NCBI GenBank assembly: GCA_051382295.1
Contig: JBBCAW010000022.1
Location: forward strand, 1,074 to 65,073
Direction of reading: 5' to 3'
DNA length: 64,000 nt
Origin: Bdellovibrionota bacterium FG-1
Lineage (GTDB): Bacteria > Bdellovibrionota > UBA1018
The notes under the pieces were generated by a model that did no database searches, was not told where the DNA came from, and saw only the letters and a program-made list of their open reading frames with translations. Shown here piece after piece: positions 9,765 to 19,416 of this stretch (within the stretch, counting starts at the first letter, position 1; each line of letters starts with the position of its first letter). The position numbers and the translations under genes are program-made.

Positions 9765-9886
9765 TGTCAAGATTGCCCGTAGACGAGGCCGCAGGGAGGC
9801 GAGTCGACCAAAGCGCACTTCTCGTGCGCTGCGGGAGCGAGCCGACCGAGAACGAAGGTTGCGGGCAATATCGACGATGGTCCGCC

Positions 9887-10891
9887 TCATGGGCCCGTTT
9901 CCCATCCCACGGCCGGCGTATTATTGATGAAGTTAATAATTCCAGCGGCGGCACAAGAATTGGGGTCGGTCGTGAGTCCCGTGCACGAACTCCGGTTACG
10001 CAAAGTCGTCGGGCATTCCAAGCAAGCCCCCACGCTACAAAGCGAAGTACATCCATCGTTACAGGCGGCAAATATCCCAGTTTTAAAGGTCGTTTGAAGC
10101 GTAGTAAAGGTATCCGAAAGCTTCGTGCCCGCAGTAGCGGTGGCCAACCCGCCCAACGAATCCACCAAATTAACCATCGCCGAGGCATAAGCACAACCAT
10201 CCGACTGCTGCTGACTACCATCGACGGCGTTAAAATCAGCCGGCGCTGCCATATGGGCCACCGTATCGCTGATCCAGGCTAAATCGCCGCCTTTTTTGCC
10301 ATTCGGATAAGGATTTCCATACCGATTTTCAAGCCCGCCGATAGACGCTAACACCACGAAAAACAAATACGAGTTCGCGTCATCCACCCGATCGCGCGGA
10401 CTCAAGGTGCCCGGATTATCGGTGGTCGCATTGAAAATATTGACGGGCAAAATGACCGCGCTCGGCGAAATAATCGACTGTACGGCGTCCTGCGCAAGCT
10501 GGGCCCCTTCAACGACGCGGTCCTTGGTCGTGGAGGGAAACTCGGTCGCCAAAAACTCCCAAAAACCGGAGCCGACGAACTTGCTCAGGTTGCTGGACAA
10601 ATCTCCCACGACGTTAAAAAGATTAATATGGGCGTTGCAACCGTAGGCGGCGGCCATCAACATCCGAATACGATTATCGGTATATTTTGAGGCATAAACG
10701 GGCTTAAGAAGCGCAACCGCCTGATCGCAATCCATCCGGCTCAGCGCGATGCTCGCCTGATCGACGATAGCCTGCTTACCCAGCCCGGTAGACGGGTCCA
10801 TCGCAGGACCACAGGCCGCAATACCCGCCGCCCCGACCCAAAACCCCGCGAATTGAATCATCCATCTTGATCTTTTAAAAGCGTCGAACAT
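9887..10891 (-). CDS. Cys-rich lipoprotein, unknown function
   Basis: Lipobox GIAAC near the N-terminus and a Cys-rich C-terminal region (CNDGCTSLCSVGACLECP). Confidence 0.5.
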   Translation of the reverse strand: MFDAFKRSRWMIQFAGFWVGAAGIAACGPAMDPSTGLGKQAIVDQASIALSRMDCDQAVALLKPVYASKYTDNRIRMLMAAAYGCNAHINLFNVVGDLSSNLSKFVGSGFWEFLATEFPSTTKDRVVEGAQLAQDAVQSIISPSAVILPVNIFNATTDNPGTLSPRDRVDDANSYLFFVVLASIGGLENRYGNPYPNGKKGGDLAWISDTVAHMAAPADFNAVDGSQQQSDGCAYASAMVNLVDSLGGLATATAGTKLSDTFTTLQTTFKTGIFAACNDGCTSLCSVGACLECPTTLRNRSSCTGLTTDPNSCAAAGIINFINNTPAVGWETGP

Positions 10892-10899
10892 CCTGTTCT

Positions 10900-12135
10900 T
10901 TAGCCCTCAAGAAATTTTACGATCCGCTCACAACCTTCTTGAATCGTTCGCTCGTCGGTGGCAAAACTCAGTCGAATAAAATCAGGTTCTCCAAAAGGGG
11001 TCCCTGGCACCGCGGCCACTTTAGCCCCCTCTAATAATCGCTCACAAAACCCCATCGAATCTTCAACTCCTTGAGACCCCGTCTTGAAGTATTGCTTCAC
11101 CCCGACGAACACGTAAAACGCGCCCTGCGGGATGGATAACTCTAGTTTGGCCGCTTTTTGCAAAATTTCCAAGACCAGATCGCGACGTTTACGAAAGCTT
11201 TCCACCTGCCATCTAAACTCGGATTCGGGCAAATTCAACGCGGCAACGCTTGCCCACTGAGCTAACGCATTGATTCCGGAAGTACTTTGCCCCTGCAAGG
11301 TATTCATTCCCTGGGTCACCAGGCTTGGAGCCACGCTCCAACCCACGCGCCAGCCGGTCATCGCCGCGCTTTTCGACATTCCATTGACGGTAATCACGCG
11401 ATCTCGCAGCGCCGGACAAGCCTCCAAAAAAGAAGTGAACGGCAAATCGCCTCGATCGTTAAAGCTGATTCGATCATAGATTTCGTCGCTGATCACCCAT
11501 ACGCCTTCGGCCCCCGGCATGGTCAACAACACCTCGCCTAAAGCCGCGAGTTCAGCGCGAGAATACATCGCTCCGGTCGGATTCGAGGGCGAGTTGATCA
11601 TTAAGATTTTGGTTTTATCCGAAAGCGCCGCGCGAAGCTGCGTGGGATTGATTTTAAACCCTTGGGCAAAAGAGGCCTGAATCAAGCGCGGCACGCCATT
11701 CGCCAACTTGGTCATCTCCGGATAACTCAGCCAAAATGGGGCGGGAATCAAGACCTCATCCCCTGGATCCAGCAACGCCAGGAACGCATTAAACAGCGCT
11801 TGTTTTCCGCCATTGGTGACGATCACGTCACTCGCTTTCCAGGGTTGTGTGGCCGCAACCGATGGTTGTTGTGCATTGGTTTTTAGGGCAATCGCCTCGC
11901 GCAGTTCTGGAATCCCCGCTGAAGGCGTATACTTGGACTTGTTGGCATCAACGGCGGCCTTGACCGCGTCCTTGGCAGCCTGAGGCACTGAAAAATCAGG
12001 CTCCCCGGCCGAAAAATTAATGACGTCAACCCCTTGGGCCTTCATTTGATTGACCAAGGCATTGAGTTTGAGCGTGGCACTTTCCGAAACACCATCGAGC
12101 CTTCGAGCTAATTTGAACGAACGGGACATGGTCAT
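10900..12135 (-). CDS. PLP-dependent class I aminotransferase (aspartate aminotransferase-like)
   Basis: 411-aa with NGMSKSAAMTGWRVGW PLP-lysine motif and SPSNPTG. Confidence 0.9.
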   Translation of the reverse strand: MTMSRSFKLARRLDGVSESATLKLNALVNQMKAQGVDVINFSAGEPDFSVPQAAKDAVKAAVDANKSKYTPSAGIPELREAIALKTNAQQPSVAATQPWKASDVIVTNGGKQALFNAFLALLDPGDEVLIPAPFWLSYPEMTKLANGVPRLIQASFAQGFKINPTQLRAALSDKTKILMINSPSNPTGAMYSRAELAALGEVLLTMPGAEGVWVISDEIYDRISFNDRGDLPFTSFLEACPALRDRVITVNGMSKSAAMTGWRVGWSVAPSLVTQGMNTLQGQSTSGINALAQWASVAALNLPESEFRWQVESFRKRRDLVLEILQKAAKLELSIPQGAFYVFVGVKQYFKTGSQGVEDSMGFCERLLEGAKVAAVPGTPFGEPDFIRLSFATDERTIQEGCERIVKFLEG

Positions 12136-12644
12136 CAGCCTTTCTTAAGAGGAATCTTCTGTTTCAAATGCTCTTGAACCGCGAGCGGGACATAAGGCGA
12201 AACATCCCCGCCATAATGAAACAGTTCTTTAATCATGGTCGAACTCACAAAATAAAGGTGCTGAGCCGTCATCATAAACATCGTTTCAACCGCAGAGTTG
12301 ATTTGCTTGTTCATGCTGGCCATCATGAATTCATATTCAAAATCGCTCGCAGCGCGCAGGCCACGAATCACGGCATGAAATCCATTGTTTCCCGCATAAT
12401 CCATGATCAGGCCTGGCCAGCGATCGACCAGAACATTTTTTCGATCTTTCACCACCTCCCGAATGAGCTCCACCCGTTCTTGGGGCGAGAAGAGCGGGCT
12501 TTTCGCGCCCGTCCCGGCGACCACGATCGTGACCTCGGAAAAAATATTCAAGGCGCGATCCAAAATATCCAAATGTCCATTGGTAATAGGATCGAAAGAC
12601 CCCGGATAAATAGCCCGTCGGTTTTTTGAGGGATTCGTCATCAA
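12135..12644 (-). CDS. coaD: Phosphopantetheine adenylyltransferase
   Basis: YPGSFDPITNGHLDI motif, 169 aa. Confidence 0.95.
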   Translation of the reverse strand: MMTNPSKNRRAIYPGSFDPITNGHLDILDRALNIFSEVTIVVAGTGAKSPLFSPQERVELIREVVKDRKNVLVDRWPGLIMDYAGNNGFHAVIRGLRAASDFEYEFMMASMNKQINSAVETMFMMTAQHLYFVSSTMIKELFHYGGDVSPYVPLAVQEHLKQKIPLKKG

Positions 12645-13234
12645 TGGCTGTCCTCTGGAGAAGTCCTCTGATAGGTCGTCAAAATGCTGTCGCTATATTT
12701 TTTTTCACGAACCTTGGTCAAAAAATCGGTTTTCTCGGGAAGCTCTTGAACCTGGGATTTTTGGGCGCCCCATTCCAGGCAAAAATACCCTTCAGGGACC
12801 AAAAGCTGCTCCCAACTCAACTGCTCGAGCAACTTCATCTCCCAACCTGCCGCATAGGGAGGATCCGCCAAAATCAAATCAAAGGGCTTGCGACCAGCCA
12901 TATGCTTGTTGGTCCGTTCGACGGAGTCGTCAATCACCTGAACCCGATCCAGCACGCCGAGCGAGACGGCATTTTTTTGGATGAGTTGAATCGCCGGCTT
13001 TGCATTTTCGATAAACACCGCAAAAGACGCCCCTCGCGAAAGAGCCTCAAAACCGAGCGCCCCCGACCCGCCAAAGAGATCCAAGACCCGCGCCTCAGGA
13101 ATCACGAATTGAAGCGAATTAAAAAGGGCCTGTCTCAGCCTCGCTTGGGTCGGACGAAGAAATGCGTGGCCCGCCCTCTCCGGAGGCGTTTGTATAGAGC
13201 GGCCGCGGAACTCACCACCGGTCAGGCGAATCAT
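12641..13234 (-). CDS. rsmD: 16S rRNA (guanine966-N2)-methyltransferase
   Basis: RPTQARLRQALFN, DLFGGSGALGFEALSRG and ADPPY motifs. 4-nt overlap with coaD. Confidence 0.9.
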   Translation of the reverse strand: MIRLTGGEFRGRSIQTPPERAGHAFLRPTQARLRQALFNSLQFVIPEARVLDLFGGSGALGFEALSRGASFAVFIENAKPAIQLIQKNAVSLGVLDRVQVIDDSVERTNKHMAGRKPFDLILADPPYAAGWEMKLLEQLSWEQLLVPEGYFCLEWGAQKSQVQELPEKTDFLTKVREKKYSDSILTTYQRTSPEDSH

Positions 13235-13252
13235 GACCGAAAGAGTATAATT

Positions 13253-13996
13253 TTATGCGGTTTTTCTCAAGGAATTGCGGCGAACGGGTATCTTAAATTC
13301 AGTCCCGTCTGAAAGCTCAACCCTGAGAGCGCCATCATTGAAGCTCACCGTCACTTCTTGACCCTCAAATTCATAACTGAGCTTGAGAGTCATCGTTCCA
13401 CTCAATTTGACTGAAATGGACGCATCAGAACTCGTGTTTTCTTTCATAGGAGTGGTCTCCTGAATGGGTGCCGACCTTGGCAAATGATGAACCGTCGCCT
13501 GCGGTTGGGCTGCGACCGGTTCTACCGGTTCGATGACCGCCTCAATGGCCTCATCAAAGACCTCGGGAGAAAACGAGCTCACCGGCTGGGCCTGAATGGC
13601 TTCAACCTGATCTTGCACAGCCTGGGCTTCAACCTCTGGCTGAGCTTCATCTGGCTGAGCTTCGATGGCTTGATCAATCAGGTTGGGTCCTGCGGACGGC
13701 TCTTCGTCCTTTAAACTACCCAAGGTTTCTTCAATCGAGGTCTCAGTTCGACCCTCTTGAATTTCAGCCATGGCTTCATCGGCAACTACCTCGGCAACTG
13801 CCTCCGTAGGAGCATGGGCTGCCATAATCGCGTCGATATCGTCAATGGCCGCTGGGGCCGTCGCCGGTACTGGCGGAGAGACTACTGCCGCTGGAGGCGC
13901 ACTTGGGGCTCCAGGAGGGTTCATGCTTTTTTGCAGTTCCTCGATTTCATTCATGATTTTATCGATCTCATCTAAAACTGGGGTGGCGGTCGTCAT
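13253..13996 (-). CDS. Hypothetical acidic Ala/Pro/Glu-rich protein
   Basis: ORF is open to 14101, but ATG at 13996 has a GAGGGAG SD. Low-complexity middle and a beta-rich C-terminal ~60 aa. Confidence 0.5.
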   Translation of the reverse strand: MTTATPVLDEIDKIMNEIEELQKSMNPPGAPSAPPAAVVSPPVPATAPAAIDDIDAIMAAHAPTEAVAEVVADEAMAEIQEGRTETSIEETLGSLKDEEPSAGPNLIDQAIEAQPDEAQPEVEAQAVQDQVEAIQAQPVSSFSPEVFDEAIEAVIEPVEPVAAQPQATVHHLPRSAPIQETTPMKENTSSDASISVKLSGTMTLKLSYEFEGQEVTVSFNDGALRVELSDGTEFKIPVRRNSLRKTA

Positions 13997-14170
13997 TCGT
14001 GGCTCCCTCATTTTCACATCGCAACTTCGCAACGCGCAATAAACTCGTCTAAGTAAAAAATCGGCAAAACGGTGGATTAAGTTAAGGAGTTTTTTGACCA
14101 CCCCAGCTAAATAAAAAATTCAATCTTTTTTCCTCGCCAAAAAATTTCCTTCACTGGTATCAATGGTCCC

Positions 14171-16993
14171 TTGCCAAAAATGGATCAAAACACACTGAGA
14201 TCGCTATTGCTCACTGCGGAGCTGCCGGACAAGTGCGTCCAGCGCTCCAATCGTGACGCACTACCCCACGCACCCCCTCCGCCAGATTTGGGCGAACTTC
14301 TGGGTTTCGAACCTCAGTCTCAGAGTGTGGGATTGTCAACGAACTTAAGCCTTCCCCCCTTACCCCCGCCTCATCCCAATACGGGGCTCGGCGGGGTTCC
14401 GGCCCATTTGGCCTCATTGATTCCAGCCTTGATGCGCATCAAAGGGCTCATTCTTCAAGAACTCGCAGCCAATCCCCTGAAACTTCGAACGCTCAATGTC
14501 AGCCGACGCGAGGCGCTCTCTCAGCATCTTGAAAAAATGGCGGGCCAAAGCGCGGCTCCAGCCACAAACTCATCCCACAAATCAAATCCGGATGGTTCAC
14601 ATCATTTGCGATGTTGGATCGAAGGCCCCCGTGGCCCTGCCCAAAATACGGCCCTTCAGGCGTATTTTGAAGAAATTGCCCTTTTGGTCCTCGGCCAGGC
14701 CATTTTACTCAAAGCCTGGTCTGATCGAGGACTTCGAACCTGGAGCAAGTTAGATCTGGGCCAACTCAATTGGGCGTTATCCAGCGCCTTGCGTCCCCAA
14801 GTCCCTCTGGATCGCGAAGGTTGGGCGATCACTCGGCAAAATATTTATTCTTGGTATAATCCAGGCCCGTCCCTTCAACAGGAACTCTGGACTGCACTCG
14901 AAGAATACCGAATCAAGGATGAAGGTCCCGGTATTCTGAGCTTTTTGATGGGCCCTTCTCGACAGGTGCGGCTTCCTGACGGATGCGCGACCACGGCGGG
15001 TTATGATGCACGTTTTTTCAAAGCAGTTTGGGATCACTCACCTCTCTTTGGCTTTCATCCTCAAGCCTCCACGGGACCGCTGAAGCGCACGAAAGTCGTT
15101 TTTTCGCCCACGCTTCGCGAAGGCTCGATGGTCCGGGTGGGGCCCGTAGCCTTGAGCTGGATTGGCCTAGAAGCATCGGCATTTTCTTTGATCAACGCCG
15201 AGCTGGTTCAACTCTGGTGGGGACCCGCGCCCCCTCCCCTTTGGGTGGTTGGCAATGGACTCGAAGTCCATGCGCGCGACCAGCTGTCGCTGGCGCTCGG
15301 TGCTCCCAAGCCGTCTCTGATGTCACGGATTACCGAAATGGAAGCCTGCGACGCGGCTTTTGTCTTAGAGGAGCGCGCGGTTCGCCCTCAAGGTCGAACC
15401 CTTGAAGCCCAGCGACTGAAAGAACAATTGGATGCGCTACCGTATTTCAAAAAGCTTCGCTCTCCGACGACCTGCTTGGGCGCCCTCCAAGCCTGCGTCG
15501 CCCTTTCGAAGCTTCGACCCGGTGGTCTACTTTGGTGGGCCCGCGAAGAGCCTCTGACCACGACGGAAGGGACCGACGTCCTGCATTTTTTGATGGAACG
15601 AGGCAAAATCGTTTGTGAATGGAATTTTTCAGACCTCGAACACACCCTGCCGGTTCAAATTCCACTTTTCCCAAAACATCTCTACTTGATCGCGCGTGAA
15701 TCGCGAGTAGAAGAACGCCTCAACCACCGCCCGGTACGAGTTTCGCTTCAAGGGCAGATTCGAAGCCACGTCGAAATTCCGCTGGTACTCGAAGATGCAT
15801 TGGGATCGCTCCATCGCCCCGTCACGCCTCATGGTCACTGGAAAGTTCATGTCCAGCCCAGCCCGACGACTCAGCGAGACTGGATGGACCACTGGCCTGA
15901 CCCGACTTCGCAAACTCAAATTCGCCTGCTCGAAAATCTGCGGAGCCAATCCCTCCCGCTCGCGAGCGTCACCAATATCAAAGTCACGCCAGACGGTGAC
16001 CCTGCCCACGAAGGCGCGTGGTCGGTTCACGCCTCGATGAAAGGCCTTTGGATTCGCGCCGAAAACGGAGGCGAAGGGCGCCATTTGGTGGCCGAACCCC
16101 TGCCGAAGGCTAACGCAGAAGCTAAAGGCTCGGGCTTTATGATTCTCGTACCTGATGAAAACTGGATCGCCCCGCTGCTCTGTTACTTTCGATCGCCCGA
16201 AATTCGCGCATGGCTGGAGCACAACTCGGAGCGCCGAGCAGATCGTTGGGCCCTCAAAGAACAAACCGTTCGCTTTATTCCGGTGCCAAAACTCCTGCTT
16301 CGTGCCCTCGGCGTTTCGGCAGCCATCGACGGAACCCCGACGATCGAGCGTGAGGCGGCCTCGTTTGCGCTGCCGCTTCCCGGCGAATGGGAAAAACTGG
16401 CGGCGGAAATTCCACGTCACCCTCGCGTAGTTTTGGAAGCTCTCGAGAAACTGCAAAACCAAATCAAAGAAGGTTCAGTTCACGAAGACGCGGCCAACTC
16501 GATTCGCGCTAACCTCTTTGTGCGCGCAGCCCGGGCACAAGAATCGCTCGCCACCGGCCAAAGTCGCCTTTTATCAGTCGTCACGTCTGATGGAAGAATT
16601 CGCTGGCGTGAACTTCTAGAAGTTCTCCCCAAAGCGGAGCTCACTCCCGTTACTTTCCATTCGCAAATTCGAATTGTGGGTCAAATTCCGCCGCATATTC
16701 CGATTGGACGATTTGATCGAATCAAGATGCCCGAAGCGGGGATTCTCCTTTCGACTGAGCTGGGGATGAATACGCAACTCTTTTCGGAGAGCGCGCTCCT
16801 GCTCGACATGCTTTGGGAACAACTCGATGGACTGATTCACCCAACCTGGAGTGAACTGGTCCAATACCTGAGACTCCCCCGTCGTCTCGAGATCGCCGAA
16901 ACGACGGCCTCGGATGTACTTCGTTCGCATGGCGAGCAAACCCGGCATCTTCGTGAGCTCGGCGAAATCATCAAAGCATGTCGCTTATTTTAG
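14171..16993 (+). CDS. Large protein colinear with Eco57I/PglX-type N6-adenine DNA methyltransferases but with degenerate motifs (putative pseudo-methyltransferase)
   Basis: 940-aa ORF. ILLKAWSDRGL, VVFSPTLREGSMV (motif I position), DAAFVLEER (NPPY position) and LRPGGLLWW. See the finding at 14171-16993. Confidence 0.55.
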   Translation: MPKMDQNTLRSLLLTAELPDKCVQRSNRDALPHAPPPPDLGELLGFEPQSQSVGLSTNLSLPPLPPPHPNTGLGGVPAHLASLIPALMRIKGLILQELAANPLKLRTLNVSRREALSQHLEKMAGQSAAPATNSSHKSNPDGSHHLRCWIEGPRGPAQNTALQAYFEEIALLVLGQAILLKAWSDRGLRTWSKLDLGQLNWALSSALRPQVPLDREGWAITRQNIYSWYNPGPSLQQELWTALEEYRIKDEGPGILSFLMGPSRQVRLPDGCATTAGYDARFFKAVWDHSPLFGFHPQASTGPLKRTKVVFSPTLREGSMVRVGPVALSWIGLEASAFSLINAELVQLWWGPAPPPLWVVGNGLEVHARDQLSLALGAPKPSLMSRITEMEACDAAFVLEERAVRPQGRTLEAQRLKEQLDALPYFKKLRSPTTCLGALQACVALSKLRPGGLLWWAREEPLTTTEGTDVLHFLMERGKIVCEWNFSDLEHTLPVQIPLFPKHLYLIARESRVEERLNHRPVRVSLQGQIRSHVEIPLVLEDALGSLHRPVTPHGHWKVHVQPSPTTQRDWMDHWPDPTSQTQIRLLENLRSQSLPLASVTNIKVTPDGDPAHEGAWSVHASMKGLWIRAENGGEGRHLVAEPLPKANAEAKGSGFMILVPDENWIAPLLCYFRSPEIRAWLEHNSERRADRWALKEQTVRFIPVPKLLLRALGVSAAIDGTPTIEREAASFALPLPGEWEKLAAEIPRHPRVVLEALEKLQNQIKEGSVHEDAANSIRANLFVRAARAQESLATGQSRLLSVVTSDGRIRWRELLEVLPKAELTPVTFHSQIRIVGQIPPHIPIGRFDRIKMPEAGILLSTELGMNTQLFSESALLLDMLWEQLDGLIHPTWSELVQYLRLPRRLEIAETTASDVLRSHGEQTRHLRELGEIIKACRLF

Positions 16994-17660
16994 CGCGCAG
17001 CTCCTCTTGTAAATCCGGTTGTAATTCTGGTTTTGCTTTGAAGACATACTTGGCCATGAGTCTACGCGTGGCGGGATTAGCCTGATTTTGGATCGCTGCC
17101 ACGATGCCCAATACGGCACCCGGATCGTCTCGCTTGCGGGTCAAATAGATTTCGACGGCGCCCATGGGAAATTGATACTTTTCAAAAACACTGGCGGACT
17201 CCGACCGATCCATGGAATGCAAAGTCCCATCGAGAAGTTGCAGGGCTATATTGGCGACTTGATCGTCCTGCCCCAAAAGTCCGGCGGCCAGTTCCAGAAG
17301 CTGAAGTTTTTCTTCCGCCTGGCCATCCTTGGGCATTTGTTCCAGCAGATGAGTAATCTCCCGCACGACGTCTTCGGGAGTCAAAAAAAGACGCCCTAAA
17401 TAAGCCGCGCGAATGGGAAGCGCGAGGCTCGGGTCCTTGCCTTTGACATCCGCCAAATAGTTTTTCAGCGTCGTAGGGAGGGATTCGGGTAATTCAGAAA
17501 TAATCGGCGTGATCACGAGCGGGGCGGGAACTTTCGTAGCGTGAAGGACGACGGGGCCAATCGATGCAGGAGCACGAGCGATGGGTTCTCGATCTGCCAC
17601 AGGATTGTGAATCATCCAATAAAACAGGGCTCCCATGAACAAGACCAAAGCGACGCGCAT
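16971..17660 (-). CDS. Hypothetical membrane-anchored protein
   Basis: 229-aa ORF with an N-terminal hydrophobic helix, helical repeat-like remainder and no recognised motif. Confidence 0.5.
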   Translation of the reverse strand: MRVALVLFMGALFYWMIHNPVADREPIARAPASIGPVVLHATKVPAPLVITPIISELPESLPTTLKNYLADVKGKDPSLALPIRAAYLGRLFLTPEDVVREITHLLEQMPKDGQAEEKLQLLELAAGLLGQDDQVANIALQLLDGTLHSMDRSESASVFEKYQFPMGAVEIYLTRKRDDPGAVLGIVAAIQNQANPATRRLMAKYVFKAKPELQPDLQEELRAKISDML

Positions 17661-17694
17661 TCTGGGGGACTCATCGGAAGAATGAAGTGGGGAC

Positions 17695-19416
17695 TTGAGC
17701 TGTCAAAATACGAACAGTCCTCTTAATAATTCTGCGTCCAAAGACGATGAGAGAAGGGTGAAACCTGGTTGTTTTCTATTCATGACCCTTTGCCTCTTTC
17801 GGAGCATGACCGCATGCGATGCCGCATGGGCTGGTGAGGGCACACCCCGCTGTCTTGCGGAACTTCTCGACATGCTCGAGAGGGTCGACAGAGACTTTAG
17901 TGTAAGAAAAACTGAAGTCGCGCGAACGGCTACCGACAGTCTCCTTTTGCCTGGAGCTGCTGAAAATTTAGCCCCCGGGCGAGTCCAGTGGGGCTTCAAG
18001 TTTCGGTATGGTTTCTCCCCAAGTTGTTCAAACTCTTGCGCGCCGAAGTGGCAAATTCAAAAAATCGAGATAACAGAGCATCAAATCTCCATTCAAGTCA
18101 CGGATGCGACAGGTGCAGCAAAGACCTTAGCGATAGTAGCAAATCCAATCACTCTGAGTCGGTTAAAAAGGTTCACCACCCCTGGTCCCTCTCTTTCCTT
18201 TCTTTCCCTGCGTGGGGCACAAAAGAGACAGGCGGCGGATGCCGTGGCGCTTGAATTGCATCGACTCGAATCAAAGGGTTTTAGTTCTGCCCTCATCGAC
18301 TACTTCATCGAGCATCCGGACGAAACCAAGAACAATTCTGACCAAACGCTGCAAATGCTCAGGGATCTCATTACGCTCAAACAAACGGGAGATTATCTGG
18401 ATGGCGCCGCCGCAACCGTGCCTCTTCAGGCCTTTATGGATAGCCCCATTAGCTACCGCTGGCCCGGCTATAAAGATTCAGTTCGGGGTGAAATTCGTCC
18501 CATTCATCAACAGGATTATTTTGGCCTCTCAACGCTGGTTGTGAATCAAGGTTATCTCCGTGCGGAGGACCTGATATCTCGAGACGGCGCATTTGAGCTG
18601 TTTCTGCGCAGGGTTGATTCTGAAATGCACGGTGGAAAACCAGAAAGCGAGAAAAGCTATGGACTTTCGGCCTCGTTCATCAATGGGCCTTCATCTAGCA
18701 ATCTTCACTACGTCAGCGGCAAATTGTTGCGAGACCGTCTCAAAAAGATGGGGGATACCGGCGGATTGAAACAGACCGGGGATGCCAATGTCGACCAGGC
18801 ACTCCGCGCTTTTGGTTTCGTTCCGCCTCAATACGCAAACCTCCCTAGTCAGGTGCGACGGTATATTAGAGATGCTTATCGAGAACGCCTGAATATTTCC
18901 GAAGGAGACCTCGATCAATTGGTAAAAATCAGTGAATCGCTAGAAGAACGAACGAACTATATCATTGGGACCAAGCAACCCTTTGCTGACCTTGAAATCG
19001 GCAGCGAAAACGATACGATCCGTTTAAAACCGCTCAAGAAGTTCGATATTCTTGGCGCGATCAGTATTGTCGAGTCCTCCTCTGCCCAGGAAAAGCTTCC
19101 TCTTGAACTATTTACAGACGTGGTGATCGAACGTCCAAAAAATGGCATGGTCATCGAAATTGGGCGGTTTTCGGTTGATCCCGAATACCGAAACTTTTTA
19201 TCGCGTCATCTCATGTCCGCAGCCTTTCTCACGGCAGCCCGTCGAAACGTTGCTAAGATCGTCGTGGAAGTAGAAAAATCCTACGGCGAAGAGCTTCGGG
19301 CAAAATTCGGTTTTCAGCTCGTTCGAGAGAGGCGGAACTTTGAAGGAAAAACGGAATATATTATGGAAGTGTCCCCCGAAGTTCTTTTTCGTCAGGCTTT
19401 TTTAGCGGCGCCATGA
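17695..19416 (+). CDS. Hypothetical protein with C-terminal GNAT-like (Acetyltransf_5 / N-acyl amino acid synthase-like) domain
   Basis: 573-aa ORF. The C-terminal ~130 aa carries VIEIGRFSVDPEYRN, reminiscent of OlsB/FeeM-type acyltransferases. Start uncertain: TTG at 17695 or ATG at 17782. Confidence 0.5.
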   Translation: MSCQNTNSPLNNSASKDDERRVKPGCFLFMTLCLFRSMTACDAAWAGEGTPRCLAELLDMLERVDRDFSVRKTEVARTATDSLLLPGAAENLAPGRVQWGFKFRYGFSPSCSNSCAPKWQIQKIEITEHQISIQVTDATGAAKTLAIVANPITLSRLKRFTTPGPSLSFLSLRGAQKRQAADAVALELHRLESKGFSSALIDYFIEHPDETKNNSDQTLQMLRDLITLKQTGDYLDGAAATVPLQAFMDSPISYRWPGYKDSVRGEIRPIHQQDYFGLSTLVVNQGYLRAEDLISRDGAFELFLRRVDSEMHGGKPESEKSYGLSASFINGPSSSNLHYVSGKLLRDRLKKMGDTGGLKQTGDANVDQALRAFGFVPPQYANLPSQVRRYIRDAYRERLNISEGDLDQLVKISESLEERTNYIIGTKQPFADLEIGSENDTIRLKPLKKFDILGAISIVESSSAQEKLPLELFTDVVIERPKNGMVIEIGRFSVDPEYRNFLSRHLMSAAFLTAARRNVAKIVVEVEKSYGEELRAKFGFQLVRERRNFEGKTEYIMEVSPEVLFRQAFLAAP

